The position numbers were made by a program, and so were the translations under genes. The notes beneath the pieces were generated by a model that saw nothing but the letters and a program-made list of their open reading frames with translations, was not told the origin of the DNA and ran no database searches. Below are positions 16,070 to 29,543 of a stretch of DNA of 64,000 bases, piece by piece. Numbering within the stretch: the stretch's first letter is position 1; each line of letters starts with the position of its first letter. Source of the DNA: the human T2T-CHM13v2.0 reference genome, Homo sapiens; the NCBI RefSeq assembly GCF_009914755.1, contig NC_060935.1, one strand, 5' to 3'.

Positions 16070-16180
16070 CAATTATTTATTGGACAAATATTTAGTGAGC
16101 ACCTACTATGTGCCAGGCTAATGCTAGGAACTGGGGAGGAAAGGAGAAAAAACAAGGCAGAGAGACCAGAGGGGCTGGCA
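16070..16180 (-). mobile_element. L2 3' end
   Basis: caaatatttagtgagcacctactatgtgccaggc. Confidence 0.75.
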
Positions 16181-16964
16181 CATGAATATTCATCTGAGAA
16201 CCTGAAATGCCAAGCTTTCTTTGGAACCAGGCTGCATTTCCATTTTCCCTTTAGCCCCTGGAACAAAGCCAGGAAGTGACAGAGTTACTGGCTGGGGAAG
16301 AGTGTGGGAGGGAGGGAAGAGCAAGTTCCCCCCAGCAGCCGCTGCCACAGTCATTTCTAAAACAGGTTTTTACAGAAAAGCCTGGTTATTCCATTATTCC
16401 TCTGCAGCCAGGAAAAATCCCCCTTTCCACACCTGCCTGGTGATCAATACAGATGCTTCTGCTAATTGTGTTGTCAAGAAGGTCCTTGACTGGTTCTAAG
16501 CATTCTGTTAGGCAAAGCTTCCCCCTTGCAGGTGGGTTTTAGGGTCAGACAGGTCAAGGTTGGAATCCTGGCTCTACCCAGTCTGAGCCTGTTTTCCTCC
16601 TTATAAAATGGGAATCAGGAGCAAAGGCATAGGAAGTACCCCTTTACATTTTTAAAAGTAATTTAGGGTTTGCAGAGCACCTTCCGCTCTACCCCCCCAA
16701 CTACTTTTGCTAGGTCAACATCATAATAATTGTGAGAAATTGAAGCTCAGAGAGGTAATGTGATTTGAATTGGATCACACAGACCCTGAGTATAAATGTC
16801 AAGATATAGAAACTCGGCCTTCACTTTTAAAATAGAAATGATTTGCTAGGCTTTTGTACATTTTCTTTTGTGATGGTCAAAATCTACTGCCTAATACCAA
16901 GGATACCTACATACTATCTAATACCCAGTAGTTTTAGCTGGGAATTTCCTTGACAAATGGAAGG

Positions 16965-17375
16965 CAGGAGAGCCCAGTGGAGAAGGGTATGGGTTGTGGA
17001 GTCAAAGTTGTTGGGCTCCTAATCCTGGACTACCTCTTAACAGCTGAACTTGAGCAAGGTACTTGATCCCTCTATACCTCAGCTTCATTTATTTGCAAAA
17101 GGAGTACTACCTACCTCATAGGCAGGAGAATTAAACGAGATAACCAGGGATTCTTGGCCCTGGCTGCATATTGGAATCACCTGAGCAGCTTTTAAAACTT
17201 ACCTGTCCTTTGGCCCCACCTCTGGAAATTCTGATCTCATCTGTCTGGGGTGGAATTAGGGCACCCAAATGATTCTAATGAGCAACCAGGGCTGCAAACC
17301 CTGGAACTAAATAAAATGTCTACTACAGAGTGCCTAGCACATCACAAGCACTCAGTAGATGCTAGTTATCACTGT
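16965..17375 (+). mobile_element. MIR interrupted by a MER5-family MITE (17145-17303)
   Basis: MIR core on both sides; palindromic insert ccctggctgcatattggaatcacctg...tgattctaatgagcaaccaggg. Confidence 0.75.
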
Positions 17376-17904
17376 CATACTGGTTGGTGATAAAACCAAG
17401 GCATGTGGGCCAACACTGATCCATTGGTACCAACATCCAGTAGGTCCCAGTTACTGTGCCATGCACTGTGGGTAGATACAACGGTGAACAAGAGTGAGTC
17501 TCTACCTTATAAGGGTTTCATTAATTCTCTAGTTTGGTAAAAAAAAAAGGCATAAATATGAGAAGTTATAATAAATAGTGACACAAGGTTTAAAGGAGAA
17601 GGAAGAAGGAAAGATAAAATTTTTCAAGCTCCTATCTCATGCTAGGCACTTTCTACACCAACGTAGTTCATTAATGCACACAGGAGCCCTATAAAGTAGA
17701 TATTAAGCTCAATTTGTGGGACAGAAAACTGATGCTCAGGGAAGAAATTCACCTACACACAAAACAGCTAGATCCAGAATAAAATTTTATCTGCCTGACT
17801 ACAGAGGTCTTTCTATTGTACCATGTCTTTAGCACACTGATTTCATGGTGATTATAAGAACAAGTAATAAGCTGGTAAGAATTAGAATGTAGAAGGTTCA
17901 AGTC

Positions 17905-18020
17905 CTTATGTGTGTGTGAATGTACACAACTATCATCTATCTGTCATTCTATGTATCTATCATTCTATCCAATTATCCATCCATCCACCTATCCAGTCAT
18001 CTAATTCTGTTATCCATCAT
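17905..18020 (+). repeat. Degenerate (TG)n/(TATC)n/(TCCA)n simple repeat
   Basis: Direct reading. Confidence 0.7.
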
Positions 18021-19984
18021 TGGTTGTAAAATTAGATTTTCAGCTTAATCAAATATTTCAGTTAATAGGTCAAGCTTTTAAATTACTCTTAATTAATTCT
18101 CCATTTTCCTGCATAAAATTAAAATATTAGCATTAAGCCAAACAATATATCACTTCCAGTAAATCATGGAGGAATAGGATTGCTGATGTTATTCTTTAAA
18201 GTGTGCTAATGGTATCAGACTATTTAATGTAGATTAACTACCAGGCCTAAACAGTAATACAAATAGAGGAAAACAAAATTAACGTGATTAAATACACTTG
18301 GAGGCTATTTAGTCAACAGTCAGATTGCAGACATTTGCAGCTGCAGCTCCAAAAGCTGGTTCTCTTCTCAGCTGTCACTAATTAATGCGATTTTCCTAAT
18401 AACAGTTTTCTGATAGACAGACAGCATCAAATCAAAACAACTTCATTTTTATGCTGATGAGGCCTAACTACTGCAACAAGAGCCCAACAGATGCAAATGG
18501 CAATGTTGCTAACTGCAGGCTTGCATGTGGTCTTAATCACACACAAGTTGACCATCAGTGCTGGAAGTTTATTGCACAAATACATGGGATGTGGGAGAGC
18601 TTGGCTAGTTACATCGTCACATCAGCCTTGGTAGTACTGGGTCACAGTGGGATATACCACAGCTCTAGGAGAAAAGTGCTCTAGACAATTGTCCATTGCT
18701 CCGGACCTACACCTGTGTAAGTGACTCATCTTCCCTTAATTTGACTGACACTTATTTTTCCCAAAAGACAGAATTCAAGCAGGCCGGTTCACATCATTCA
18801 ATATTCAGAACCCTTGCTGGGCAGGGTCAGCAGGAAGGCAACCCCAAAATGGCCAGCATCCCTCAAGTCTAATATGGATGACTTTGGCTCAGGCATTGAT
18901 CCCTGGTGTAATCAATTGCAGTTAATCGGTTTCTCCAAAGCATGTTACATAAATCATAAATATTTATGGATCAAGAAACTGGTTTACATTTCCTAAGAAG
19001 GGTACTAGACACATGGAAGGCCAGGATTTACTACCTTTTCTACTGACAACCAGTACAATAGCATCGCAAACTGGGCCAATCAGTGGCATTTGACCTCTGG
19101 CCATGAGGAACTTCTGGTCATCTCTAGGGGAGCTTGAACAGAGAAGAATCCAAATTGGCAGGAGAGTGAATTGTAGATTTTCAAGACCATGTCAGCCCAG
19201 AGAAACACTGTACATATTGATGCCTTTGGATGGAGAGGCATTAAATACAGTGCAAAATGTTATTACCAAAAGATTGTTGCCAAATATCCTCCGAGGATAA
19301 GAATTCTGCTAGTTGACTTTCTTGAAATGCATCTCACTTTATAATAGAAACATCCTTCACATGGAGATATCCAGAAAGCTAGGGAAATGTACATCTTAAT
19401 CTCATGGCCCAGACTCATCCATTTACAAACAAAGCAGTGACCAGGACAAAGACCCTGGAAAAAGTTTGGGCCCACCACACTGTGAGGGTCCAGCTCCAGG
19501 GAGGTCTGTTGTGCTGCACCATGGAGGTGGCAACTACCTGGTTTTGCTCTTGTTCCCTTACACAGATGAGGAGATAGAGACTTCCCCCTCCTTCCCTCTT
19601 TTTTTCCTCTCTTCTCGGTGATTTCTACCTATCCTACTTTGTAAAGGTTTTAAGTGTTTTCAAGGGACACATTCTCTGAAGTTCAACTCCCTCATGTCTC
19701 CCAGATGTGCAACATGGAAATGTACATGTTACATTGTCAACCTTAGGATATAGATTTTTACTTATGTATTGGGTTTTAATTTATTCCTTGCCAACTTGAA
19801 AACAATTTGCAGTACCTTGTTTCACACAGACGCTCCAGAATGATTCCCAAGTCTCCCAACATAAACATGAGTGGTTTACCATTAAAATAAAAAAAATTCA
19901 TCATTTACATTCTGCTCTGCATTAAAATGGGATCACATTAATTTCTTTTCCACATTATTCACTAAGAAAACTAGAGTTCTTGGT

Positions 19985-20058
19985 TTCCTTCCTTCCCTCC
20001 CTTCCTCCCTTCCTTTTTTCTTCCCTTCTCCCACTCTTCCTTTCTTCCTTCCTTTCTT
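19985..20058 (+). repeat. CT-rich low-complexity tract
   Basis: (TTCC)-like pyrimidine run. Confidence 0.8.
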
Positions 20059-20749
20059 GTAGCTGAAAATATTTCTGTGAGAAAGATTAGGAAACAGGAC
20101 AGATCATGTCCGGATTTTGTAGCTTACATATGGTCTCATGCTGTTGCCCCAGAACTCTGTGAGGGTCCAAGATGACTGTGGCTTACGTCTGATGAGCTTA
20201 TGCCACATAAGGATGAGGTCAGATGCTACAAGAGGGGCACAGACATTGAAAAGAAGAAACATGGGGCAACTCAATGGATGAGCAAAGTTGAATGCGTTGT
20301 GCAGTCAGCAAGTGTCTTTTTTATAAGAAAGCTCTGTGCTTGGTTTCACCTCCTGGTGCTGGACATACCATCATCCTGCTGATTCCCAACATTGTGAAGG
20401 GATTTTGAGTTCAGCCTCCGTGGTTCCTTTTGAGAACAATGGTTGCCATCAGCCAAACTGCCTAGCTTGGTCAAAACACAGAAGGCATAAACAGCCTTTA
20501 TGCAGTGGGAAATGTTTCATGATTCAGACCAGTCACTGTTTGCTGATCACACAGCACTCTGGGTGGCACTGCTAATACAGAGGAGTTTGTGCTTCTTGCC
20601 AGATTGTGGACATATGGCAGACACTCAAAATTATGTGTTGAATATAAAAGAGTTGAATTATGGGGAAAGTCAGTGTATTGAAAATGTATCACATCAGCAC
20701 ACCTGCAATGTTTCCTGTAGGAAAGCTCAGTGCCAAATGTTAGAGGGTC

Positions 20750-21410
20750 CACCAGGGAATAACAAGGTTCCTACCCTCAAAAAGCTTGGAATTCAGGCAG
20801 AAATGCAAAATATAAACATGCAATAAATCAAAGGATAATACAAGATATTAAATAAAGTTCAAGCAAACATCAAGAGTACCCAATGCCTGAATGCCAAATG
20901 AACAGTAACAACAAACTGTGTTCTAGAAGTCTGGTGGAGGGACAGGTCACTTCTGATGGTCCTGGTTAATGCGGCTCTGAGGAGGAAGTGAGATGGTGAC
21001 AGATGATTGGGATCTGACGAGGCAGAGAGGAGGGTAGAAGTGAGGAGGAGACATGTGACACACATCCACACAGTAAAGCTGAATTCAGGTACTTGGGGAG
21101 GGGGGTATCAGACCTGAAAGGTGGCTTGCACCCCAGTGTTCAGAATTGTGGATGTTTAGCCAAGACTTCGGACTATAACCTGTAAGCGAGAGAGGAGCCT
21201 TTGTTTAGAGAGGACCTACTGTGTGCCACACCCTGTGCTGGGGTGTGGTAGAGGTTGGGGGTGGGATAATTAGGATGTGGTGCCATCGTTGCTAACAATG
21301 TGTGAAAGAAAGTGATAATGAAGAGGTGATGATCAGTCCCCTGGCAGAGCATAGGTAAATGGGATGGGTTGGCAAGGACAGGAGACCATTAGGAGGTTAC
21401 TGCAGTAATT
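20750..21410 (-). mobile_element. L2 fragment
   Basis: ccctcaaaaagctt.. and ggagaccattaggaggttactgcagtaat L2 motifs. Confidence 0.55.
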
Positions 21411-22299
21411 AACCAGAAAATCCTTCACTTAATCTTCTGTGTGTGTCCTTCCTTAGGGTGAGGTAGAGGGGAGTCAGGTGGGTACTAGCAGGCATGAAAA
21501 TCAAGGCTTCTACTTTAGACAGCTGCTCTTATAGAATCTCTCCCCAAAGCAATGCACATGCTTACAATTTTGCATATACTTTCCATACAGTTTTTTCAGG
21601 GGTTCAAAGATCCTCTGGAACCAATCATGGTCTATGAGGTCCTAGCTGAGAACAGTGACCCCCCTCCCACACCTCCAACCCCACCTAAAGAGCAAGCATC
21701 TCCCAACAGCCAGTTCTACTACTCTACAGGATGCTCCCATTTCCACAGCAGAAAACCTGAGTGAGAGGAAACAGAAAGAAGGCAGGTGGCCCGCCCTCAA
21801 GGACCTTGCTCTGTCACCTGGATTGTTTCCTTACACCTGAGAGGACAGTGCTCTTGCAGTCAGCCCTAGTTTGCAGGAACCCACAGAAGCGGGAGGAGGC
21901 TGAAGCCAAGGCAAAGTGGGACGAACTGCGGAGAGTAATGACTTGCATGAACCCAGCCAAGAGGGAGCTTGCAATGTGGCAGCATTTCCTCTTCCTTAGA
22001 GGCTGGGGCGATTATATGATTACACCCACGCCCAGCCACGGAGCAGCAAGGACTCAGCACAGAACACCGGAGAAACCCAAGAGCAACACTTCACTTTCTA
22101 TTTCTTGTTTTCCAGCTGAGACAGGTTCTATTTTGGATCAGAGCATAGTCTGGAGAGAAAGCAGTTGAAGTCTTGGGTGCTTGGAATAAAAATTTGACCT
22201 TAATCTTTAGGAAAAAAGTGTATATCTTAGTTGGAATATTTTATTAAATGGAATGACATTCATGCCCTTCTGCGTATCTACTGTCATATATTTCAGACC

Positions 22300-22452
22300 T
22301 AATGGTGATTCTTAAGCTTTGTGGGGTCAGGAACCCCTTTGAGAAGCAGATGAAAGCTATGAATTCTGACTCAGAAAAATGCACTTGTGCACATCAAACA
22401 AAATTTCATCATCCTAAAACCTGTCTGCAAACCCTATGTTAAGAACTCCAGG
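22300..22452. mobile_element. hAT-Charlie MITE (MER117/MER103-like); related fragment at about 21515-21645
   Basis: ccctttgagaagcagatgaaagctatg..gaaaaatgcac..gttaagaactcc. Confidence 0.6.
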
Positions 22453-22743
22453 TTTGATAAGCCTTGGCCAGATCCTCTGTTAGGTCCTAGGAATGCAATG
22501 ATGAATAAGACACTAGTCCCTGGACTCAAGGGGCTCTGAGTTTAAGGAAGTGTTGTTTATAGATGTGAAGAGGTTGGCAGGGAGAGCCAGGGAGGTCACC
22601 GAATAGCAAGTGAACTGTAAGAGGCATTAATAGTCACCAGCTAAACAATGTCATAGAGACAGCCTGCCAGTTGTCCCTTGACTAGTAATACCCCAGGTAC
22701 CACTAATCAATTGCAAAATGCTAAGTAATGTGCTAAGGCTGAT

Positions 22744-22813
22744 TGAAAAATAAAAGTAATTTTTTAGTAACATCAAACTGAAAAATAAAAGTAATTTTTC
22801 AGTAACATCAAAC
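22744..22813 (+). repeat. 35-bp tandem duplication
   Basis: TGAAAAATAAAAGTAATTTTTYAGTAACATCAAAC x2, one mismatch. Confidence 0.95.
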
Positions 22814-23486
22814 CCCTTGTTCATGTGTTATTAAGAGAAAAGATTTTTTGGCTTAATGATGTATGTGAGATACTGCCTTCACCCCAGGCTCAGGGATTAG
22901 ACAAATATCTCTTTGCAAGGTTAAGAAATACCATGGATAATTTCAACCAGAGGAAGAAAACCATTAAGGGTCAAAAGACGCTGGAAAAAAAAATTGATAG
23001 TTTGGTTTAAAACAATTATAGAAAATGAGAAATAGTCCTGTTAACTATCTAGAATTGCCTGCCTGTCAGAGCTTCCACAACCGGGACTACCTCCTGCAGC
23101 CTATTTATTTCATTCATATGAGTTGAAGAGTTTTCCAACAGCTGACAAATTTCCAGCCAGTGATCCAGCAGGTACCCCTAAGGATTTCCGCTCTTTCCTG
23201 AGCTTCACCTTACAGGCATGTGAAAGCTTCCTCCAGAGAGAAAAAAAGTATTTCCCTTGCTTGTGTTTTCCTGTCAAACTCCTACTCACAACCCCCACCC
23301 CACCTTTCCTTTACAGCCACATCTCTGGGATGTAAACTTGAAGGCCTGACCCAGCACAGGGACCCTCTGGTTCCCAAATCCAAGGCCTTCTTATAAGGCC
23401 TTGTCCACAGCTGTCCCTCTTCTCCCTCTTCTCAGTCTCTTCTGATGAAGGGCATCCCTGCCCCTCACTCCCACCAAAAACCGTCA

Positions 23487-23794
23487 GTGTGGGAGCGATA
23501 GCTCACACCTGTAATCCCAGCACTTTGAGGGGCCTAGGCAAGCGGATCACTTGCCAGGAATTCGAGACCAGCCTGGACAGCATAGCAAGACCCCATCTAT
23601 ACCAAAAAAAAATGTAAAAAGCAGCCAAGCATAGTGGCAGGCACCAGTTGTCCCAGCTACTCAGGAAGCTGAGCCAGGAGGATCACTTGAGTCCAAGAGA
23701 TTGAGGCTGCAGTAAGCTGTGTTCATGCCACTGCATTCCAGCCTGGGCGAGACAGTGAGACTCTGCCTCAAAAAAAACAAAACAACAATAAAAG
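23487..23794 (+). mobile_element. AluJ
   Basis: Diverged dimer; catagcaagacccc and ggaggatcacttgag. Confidence 0.9.
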
Positions 23795-23909
23795 ACCTCC
23801 AACAGCTCCCCAGTGGTGCAACCTTGTGGCCTACATATGGGACCAGACAGAGCCTGACTCCTCCTTTCCTCTGAACTGCCCTCCCTATATCCCACCATGC
23901 CTCTTTCCA

Positions 23910-24450
23910 TCAGTTAGGCACACATTTAAGAGCAGCATTCATTACAAAGGTTGGCTGATGATGGCTTCAACAAATAGAGGTTTATTTTTCCCATACCACA
24001 AGAAGCCCCAGGGTAAGTGACTGCTGGTATTCTTTCAGCAGCTAAATGATGTCAAGGCCAGTGTCTTTGTGATTCTTCTTGGCCTTTCTTCATGGTAGCA
24101 AAATGGCTTGCCTTGTTCCACACATTGTGTTTGTAAGGGAAAGTCCATGGTGGGTCATTTGTTTTTCTTACCTGGGAAGCAAAACTTCCTCAGAAGGATC
24201 TCTTTTAGGTGTGCAGCTCTACTGCGAAGTTCCTGTCCCTGGTTTTACAGACTTAGTCTCTTCCATCTTGCAAACTTCCCGTTATGTTACTGAGGCCACA
24301 TGTGGGTCACATGTCCTACCACCAGCAGCAAGGAAGGCTGGGAAAGCAGGAACAGGACTATCATGACTGGCATGTCTGATATTACCCCAAACAAAATGAC
24401 AGCTCTGCAAGTGGGGAAGATGGAGGGAATGGATGCTGGGTAGACGCCAG
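23910..24450 (-). mobile_element. Old MLT1 (J/K/L-type) MaLR LTR carrying a foreign ~65-bp insert
   Basis: catggtagcaaaatggct, gggtcacatg and gcaaggaaggctgggaaa motifs. Confidence 0.65.
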
Positions 24451-25527
24451 GACTTGCTGTGCAGTGTTCTGATTCAACAGATTACGTCACTCTCCTGTCA
24501 GGTGGGCAACTATTTGGTATCACACAAACAATAGCTTATTCATCTTTGTATCTCTAAGTCCTAACACAGCTTTGTGGCACTTACTCTGTTAGACAAACTT
24601 ATGAGTAAATGAATGTCTGTCTGGTTTTAATACCTCTCACATCTAAAGTAGTTCTTTTTAAAACACAATCCAGTTTTATTCTTGTCTTTTTATATCTCTT
24701 ATATGAAAATCAATTCATCATTAGTTTTCCATTGGATTTGGGCAGACGGGTAAGTTGTAAAGTGCTAGAGTAATGGTATTGACAAGTTATATGATGAAGT
24801 TGAACAATATGAGAGAAAATGGGATCATGGTAACCTTGTTATCCCTAGGTCAGTTTAACTATTGAAGAGGAAATAAACTGAGCACTAAAACTAGCTTTCC
24901 TTTAGTTTTTATTAAAATCAGAACCAGGGCTTTGTAGTGTAACTTTGTGCAATGCGAATTGAGAGCTTGAGAAATCCAATGACCACACAAGTTTGGGAAT
25001 GGGTTGTAGTCTTGTTAAGAGCCTAACCGACCTCTTACCCAAATTCTGGTAATAATCAAAGCTGCACATGGGTGTGCAGCACCATGTGGAGCTGATATCT
25101 CTGATTCAGGTCGAGATGTCTGCTCAGAGCAGAGAACGTTGTTTCCAAGGGCCACAGATGGTGGGCCTGCCAAGGGTCTCTTTTAGGTGTGCAGCTCTAC
25201 TGCAAAGTTCCCGTCCCTGGTTTTAAAAACTTAGTCTCTAGGACTCCAAGTCCAACTCCTGTGCCATTTTTCCAAGAAGTTACACCTGGTCAACCTCATT
25301 TCTACCAACACTTTCCCCAACTCCACCTCACTCCAGCCAGAAATGGCCACCCTCCGCTGAGTTGTAGCACTTGTAGATGATTGTTTGATTGGGATTCTAA
25401 CAGATTTGTGTTGTGAGAGTCATTCGGGTATGTTCCATCATAGAGAGTGCCAGAGTTTCTTTAGAATGGCATGATCTAGCTTTCATCTAACCTTATTGCA
25501 CCATTTGGTACCCAGACTCAAGCCCAG

Positions 25528-25688
25528 TGAATTGTATCAATGTCAATATCATGGTTGTACAATTATACTTAAGTTTTGCAAAGTGTCACCATTGGGAGAA
25601 ACCAGGCAGAGTACAATCACTTTGTATTCTTTTTTACAACCATATATGAATCTACAATATCTCAATAAAAATTTTAAAAATAAAAATA
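25528..25688 (+). mobile_element. L1M (MC/MD) extreme 3' end
   Basis: tgtatcaatgtcaatatcatggttg..gaatctacaatatctcaataaaa. Confidence 0.7.
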
Positions 25689-25769
25689 TTTCTTTCTAAT
25701 CCCCCTGTCTTTTGTGTCAATCCTAGCATTACTATGTCTCCCTCTAGTCATTGGTGTTCGTACCTAGGA

Positions 25770-25925
25770 GTCAGTTCCCTTACCTCCCTCTATCTCAGTT
25801 TTCTCATCTGTAAAATAGGGATGATAGTAATGCCTACCTCTTGGTTGGGGGGATTAAATGAGTTAATATTTGTGAAGCACATAGGAAGGTGCTTAACTGT
25901 TAAATAAACAATAAATAAATAAAAT
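25770..25925 (+). mobile_element. MIR
   Basis: ctcagttttctcatctgtaaaataggg core. Confidence 0.8.
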
Positions 25926-28311
25926 ATCTTATGCTTAACTTTCTCTTTCTGCCTTAGATCCAATATGCTATAAGTCCTGATGAATTTTCCTACCATGTGT
26001 CTCATAGAGTCTCTATTTCCCATGCCCCTTTCTCAGTTCTGACCTTCAGAGCCGCCGCCATCATCTCCTCCTCTTGAAGCCTTGCCATTGTGAAGTTAGT
26101 CACTTCACCTCTGCCTCCCATGGCTCCTCCATTATCATGTTCCACATTGATTTCCAGTTTCCTTTTTCTGTTTATCTCTTTTCACCCACTAGCATAGGAG
26201 CTCCTTACTGGAAGTCATCGTTTCTTATTCCTCTTTGAAGTTTCAGCTCCTAACATAGTGCCTGGCACAAAATGAGTGTTCAGCATATGTTTTTGAGTGA
26301 GTGATAATTAATCAGGAATAATCTCATTTCAGCTACTGGAATTGCTTTTTTGCAGTCATGGTAGATGACCTCTGAATCTATAGCTTTGTGACCCCAAGCA
26401 GAGACTGCAGCCTTACCCTTTAACTCTATCTACAAGTCATGGAGTCTTGTAGATAGAGTCTTGTAGATAGAGTCCTGCAGATAAGTTTTCACTTTTCTTC
26501 TCCCGTGGGCCCACTGTCTTGGGCTTCCTGGATACTTGTTAACTCTTGAACATACCTCCATTTCTTGAGACCCACCTAAAGCCATATACAAGATTGGTGA
26601 GTGTGCATCCTGGCATGTACACAGCCTTTGGATAAATATGCGGCCATCGTTCAGTTAGCCCTTGGCATCCTTGTGAAGTAAAATAAGGGAGACGGCCTCA
26701 GCATCTGATATTATCATTGCAGTGACTTCAATATTTGATTCCTGGGTCATCCCACAGTTAATTTTTTCATTGGTAGATGGGAATAAATATTGCTGGTTAT
26801 AAACTGGACCAACTCTATGGAAAACATTACTGAGATCATAGAGAAATTTTATAAAGTATTTCAAGAAATATTCAGTAATAAGGATTTTACTGGAATTGGG
26901 AAGAAGGCTGGCAAAAATAGTCTAGAGACCACAAACCCAACCTTCATTTTGGCAATTTATTGTCTCTGTCTGAAGCAGCTGACTAAGGTAATACTCTCAC
27001 TCCTCCTTCCACAAGCAAAGAAACAGACCTGACATCAATCATAAAAACAACTACTGTTTATTAAGTACTTATTACGTGCCAGGTACTTTTTGTTAGGGGC
27101 TGGTGACTTAACAGCAGCAATGATAATGACCACCACATACTGGATATTTACCGTGTGCAACACACCACAGTAGGAACTTACATGAATTGTCTCTATATGG
27201 CTGTGACACATTCCCTGAGGATCCAGGTATATTTTTTAAGTCATTTCATGACCTGATTTCTCCCAAGTACTTCAGTTTCTGAGATCTCTCTCTCCCGGGA
27301 GCAGGGACCCCAGCCCCTTTTAGCACTAGACAGCAAACCCACAACTTCACAAACTCTAACTTCACCCCAACAGGCAGATTCCCTCAGGAAAAAGAGTGGT
27401 AAATGAATAAACCCTCCAAACAGAAAAGGGCTGAGCACCTAAGAGATTCAGGATGGCATTTTTGGAAATGTTCACTTCAGGTTGAAAAGAAAACTTTTGA
27501 AATGATTAGTGAGTTATTTAGAACCTCAATATTCTAAAGTTTGAGAAGATAACATACTGAGGAATTTAATTTAGATTTCCTTAACATGCTCTCTTATGAT
27601 AAGAGAGCATTCAGTATATAAATGCTATGCAACAGTACTGCCAAATTGCAACACAGTATGGGAGAAATTTGTCATTTTGAAATGCTAAGGGAGTTCTTAC
27701 TAACAGCTTTCTCATCTTGTAAAGCTATTATTTTTCTGAATGATAATATGATTTATAAACCTCAGCTGAGTTTTATAGTTTTGATGGGAATAGACTCAAA
27801 ATGCATTTTCTCAGAATATAAAATTCTCTCAGGAGTTGACCAAATGAGGAATAAATAGAAACTTCCGCAACCAAGTGTACCAAAGTCTTGGTCTCCACTA
27901 GCATCTCTGTAGGTGAATGTTGGTCTTCCTCAGGGTTCTGGGCTCAGTTTGACTCTCACTCTCAACTCTGCACGCTTTCCCTGGGTGACATCAGCCACTC
28001 CAAATCCTTTGACTCTTACCTAGGCCAGCAACTCCCACGTCCACACTCCCATTCCCTCCCAGCTTTCCAGAGTTACAATGCCCTATGTCTAACGACCCAC
28101 TAGACTGCCCACCATCACAACCTAAGCCACATTAGCCTCAGATTCTCTCCTGTCCCCAAACCCTGTTCCTTCTCCTAGAACATTGGTAGTAGAATGATAC
28201 TAACATTTGGAGGAATAAGGTACGAATCTTGGAATCTAGCACAGGAGACTGAAAAGTGAATAGGTAACAACAGAACTCAGGGAGGATAAATGAAATTCAT
28301 ACATAATCTAA

Positions 28312-28592
<281 letters not shown>

Positions 28593-29543
28593 CATAATCG
28601 AACATTTTACTGCAGAATATTGATGTGTTTGATTATAGAGGTATTAGTGGTATATGTACAATCTTAACTTTCTGATATCTAAAAGTTTCTGAATTCCAAA
28701 ACATATTCCAGACCACGGGTTTTGGGTGAAGAATTTGAGGACCTGTCATATATAAAGCATAAGTTATATAAGGTAATAATGTATATTAAGTGCCTCCTTA
28801 GTGCAGACTAGCACATAGTAAGGGCTCAGAAATGACAACAATTATTAAAAAGAGGAAATGGGTTGCCTTAGACTTTATAGAATATTGAGGAAGCTGAGAC
28901 ATCTTATAGGAAATACATGTTTTTCATCTCTAGTCCCCCAAAATTTTTATAATCATATATTTCAAAAATTTGAGGGCAATTACTTTTCTATGCACTATCA
29001 TGCTTTTAAATGATAGGCTTTGCCATTGTCCCCCTATTTACAGTAGGAGGAAGAAGATTCAGAGTATTTATTACAGAGGCAAGCAAAGGCAGGCATGGGT
29101 GATTCCGGAGAGGAGGCAGCACAGGCAGAGGCCTGGTCGAGTTGAAGAGGTGTTCACACAAGAATAAACATCGAAAGTCTGCAACCCGGGAAGCTTGGCC
29201 CAAAGTGATGACAGCTGAAGCCAGGACATGTCTGGGGAAAATTATAAAGACCCTTGAATATTATAAGTTTGTATTTTATCCTGTAGATGACTGATTTTTA
29301 AATGTTTTTAGCAAGAGAGCTTTATGGAAACAAAACTTGATTTGCATGGGAGCTCTGTCCACTGCAGCCACACACCAACTGGTTTTTACTACATCCTGAG
29401 TGCTCTTTTAAAAGAGCAGATCTGATCATCTTAGTCCTCTGGGCACACTCTTCAAAGATATCTCATTAAACTTGGAGTGAAATGCCATCTCCCTGCAGGC
29501 TCTGGGTAATGTGGCCCTACCCATCTTCCCAGCTCATCTCATA

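Noticed and set aside
24194-25239. 68-bp direct repeats read as LTRs, a TSD or a CRISPR-like array
   Set aside because: Only two copies, no TG..CA termini, far too long for a TSD, unrelated intervening DNA, and a eukaryotic context.
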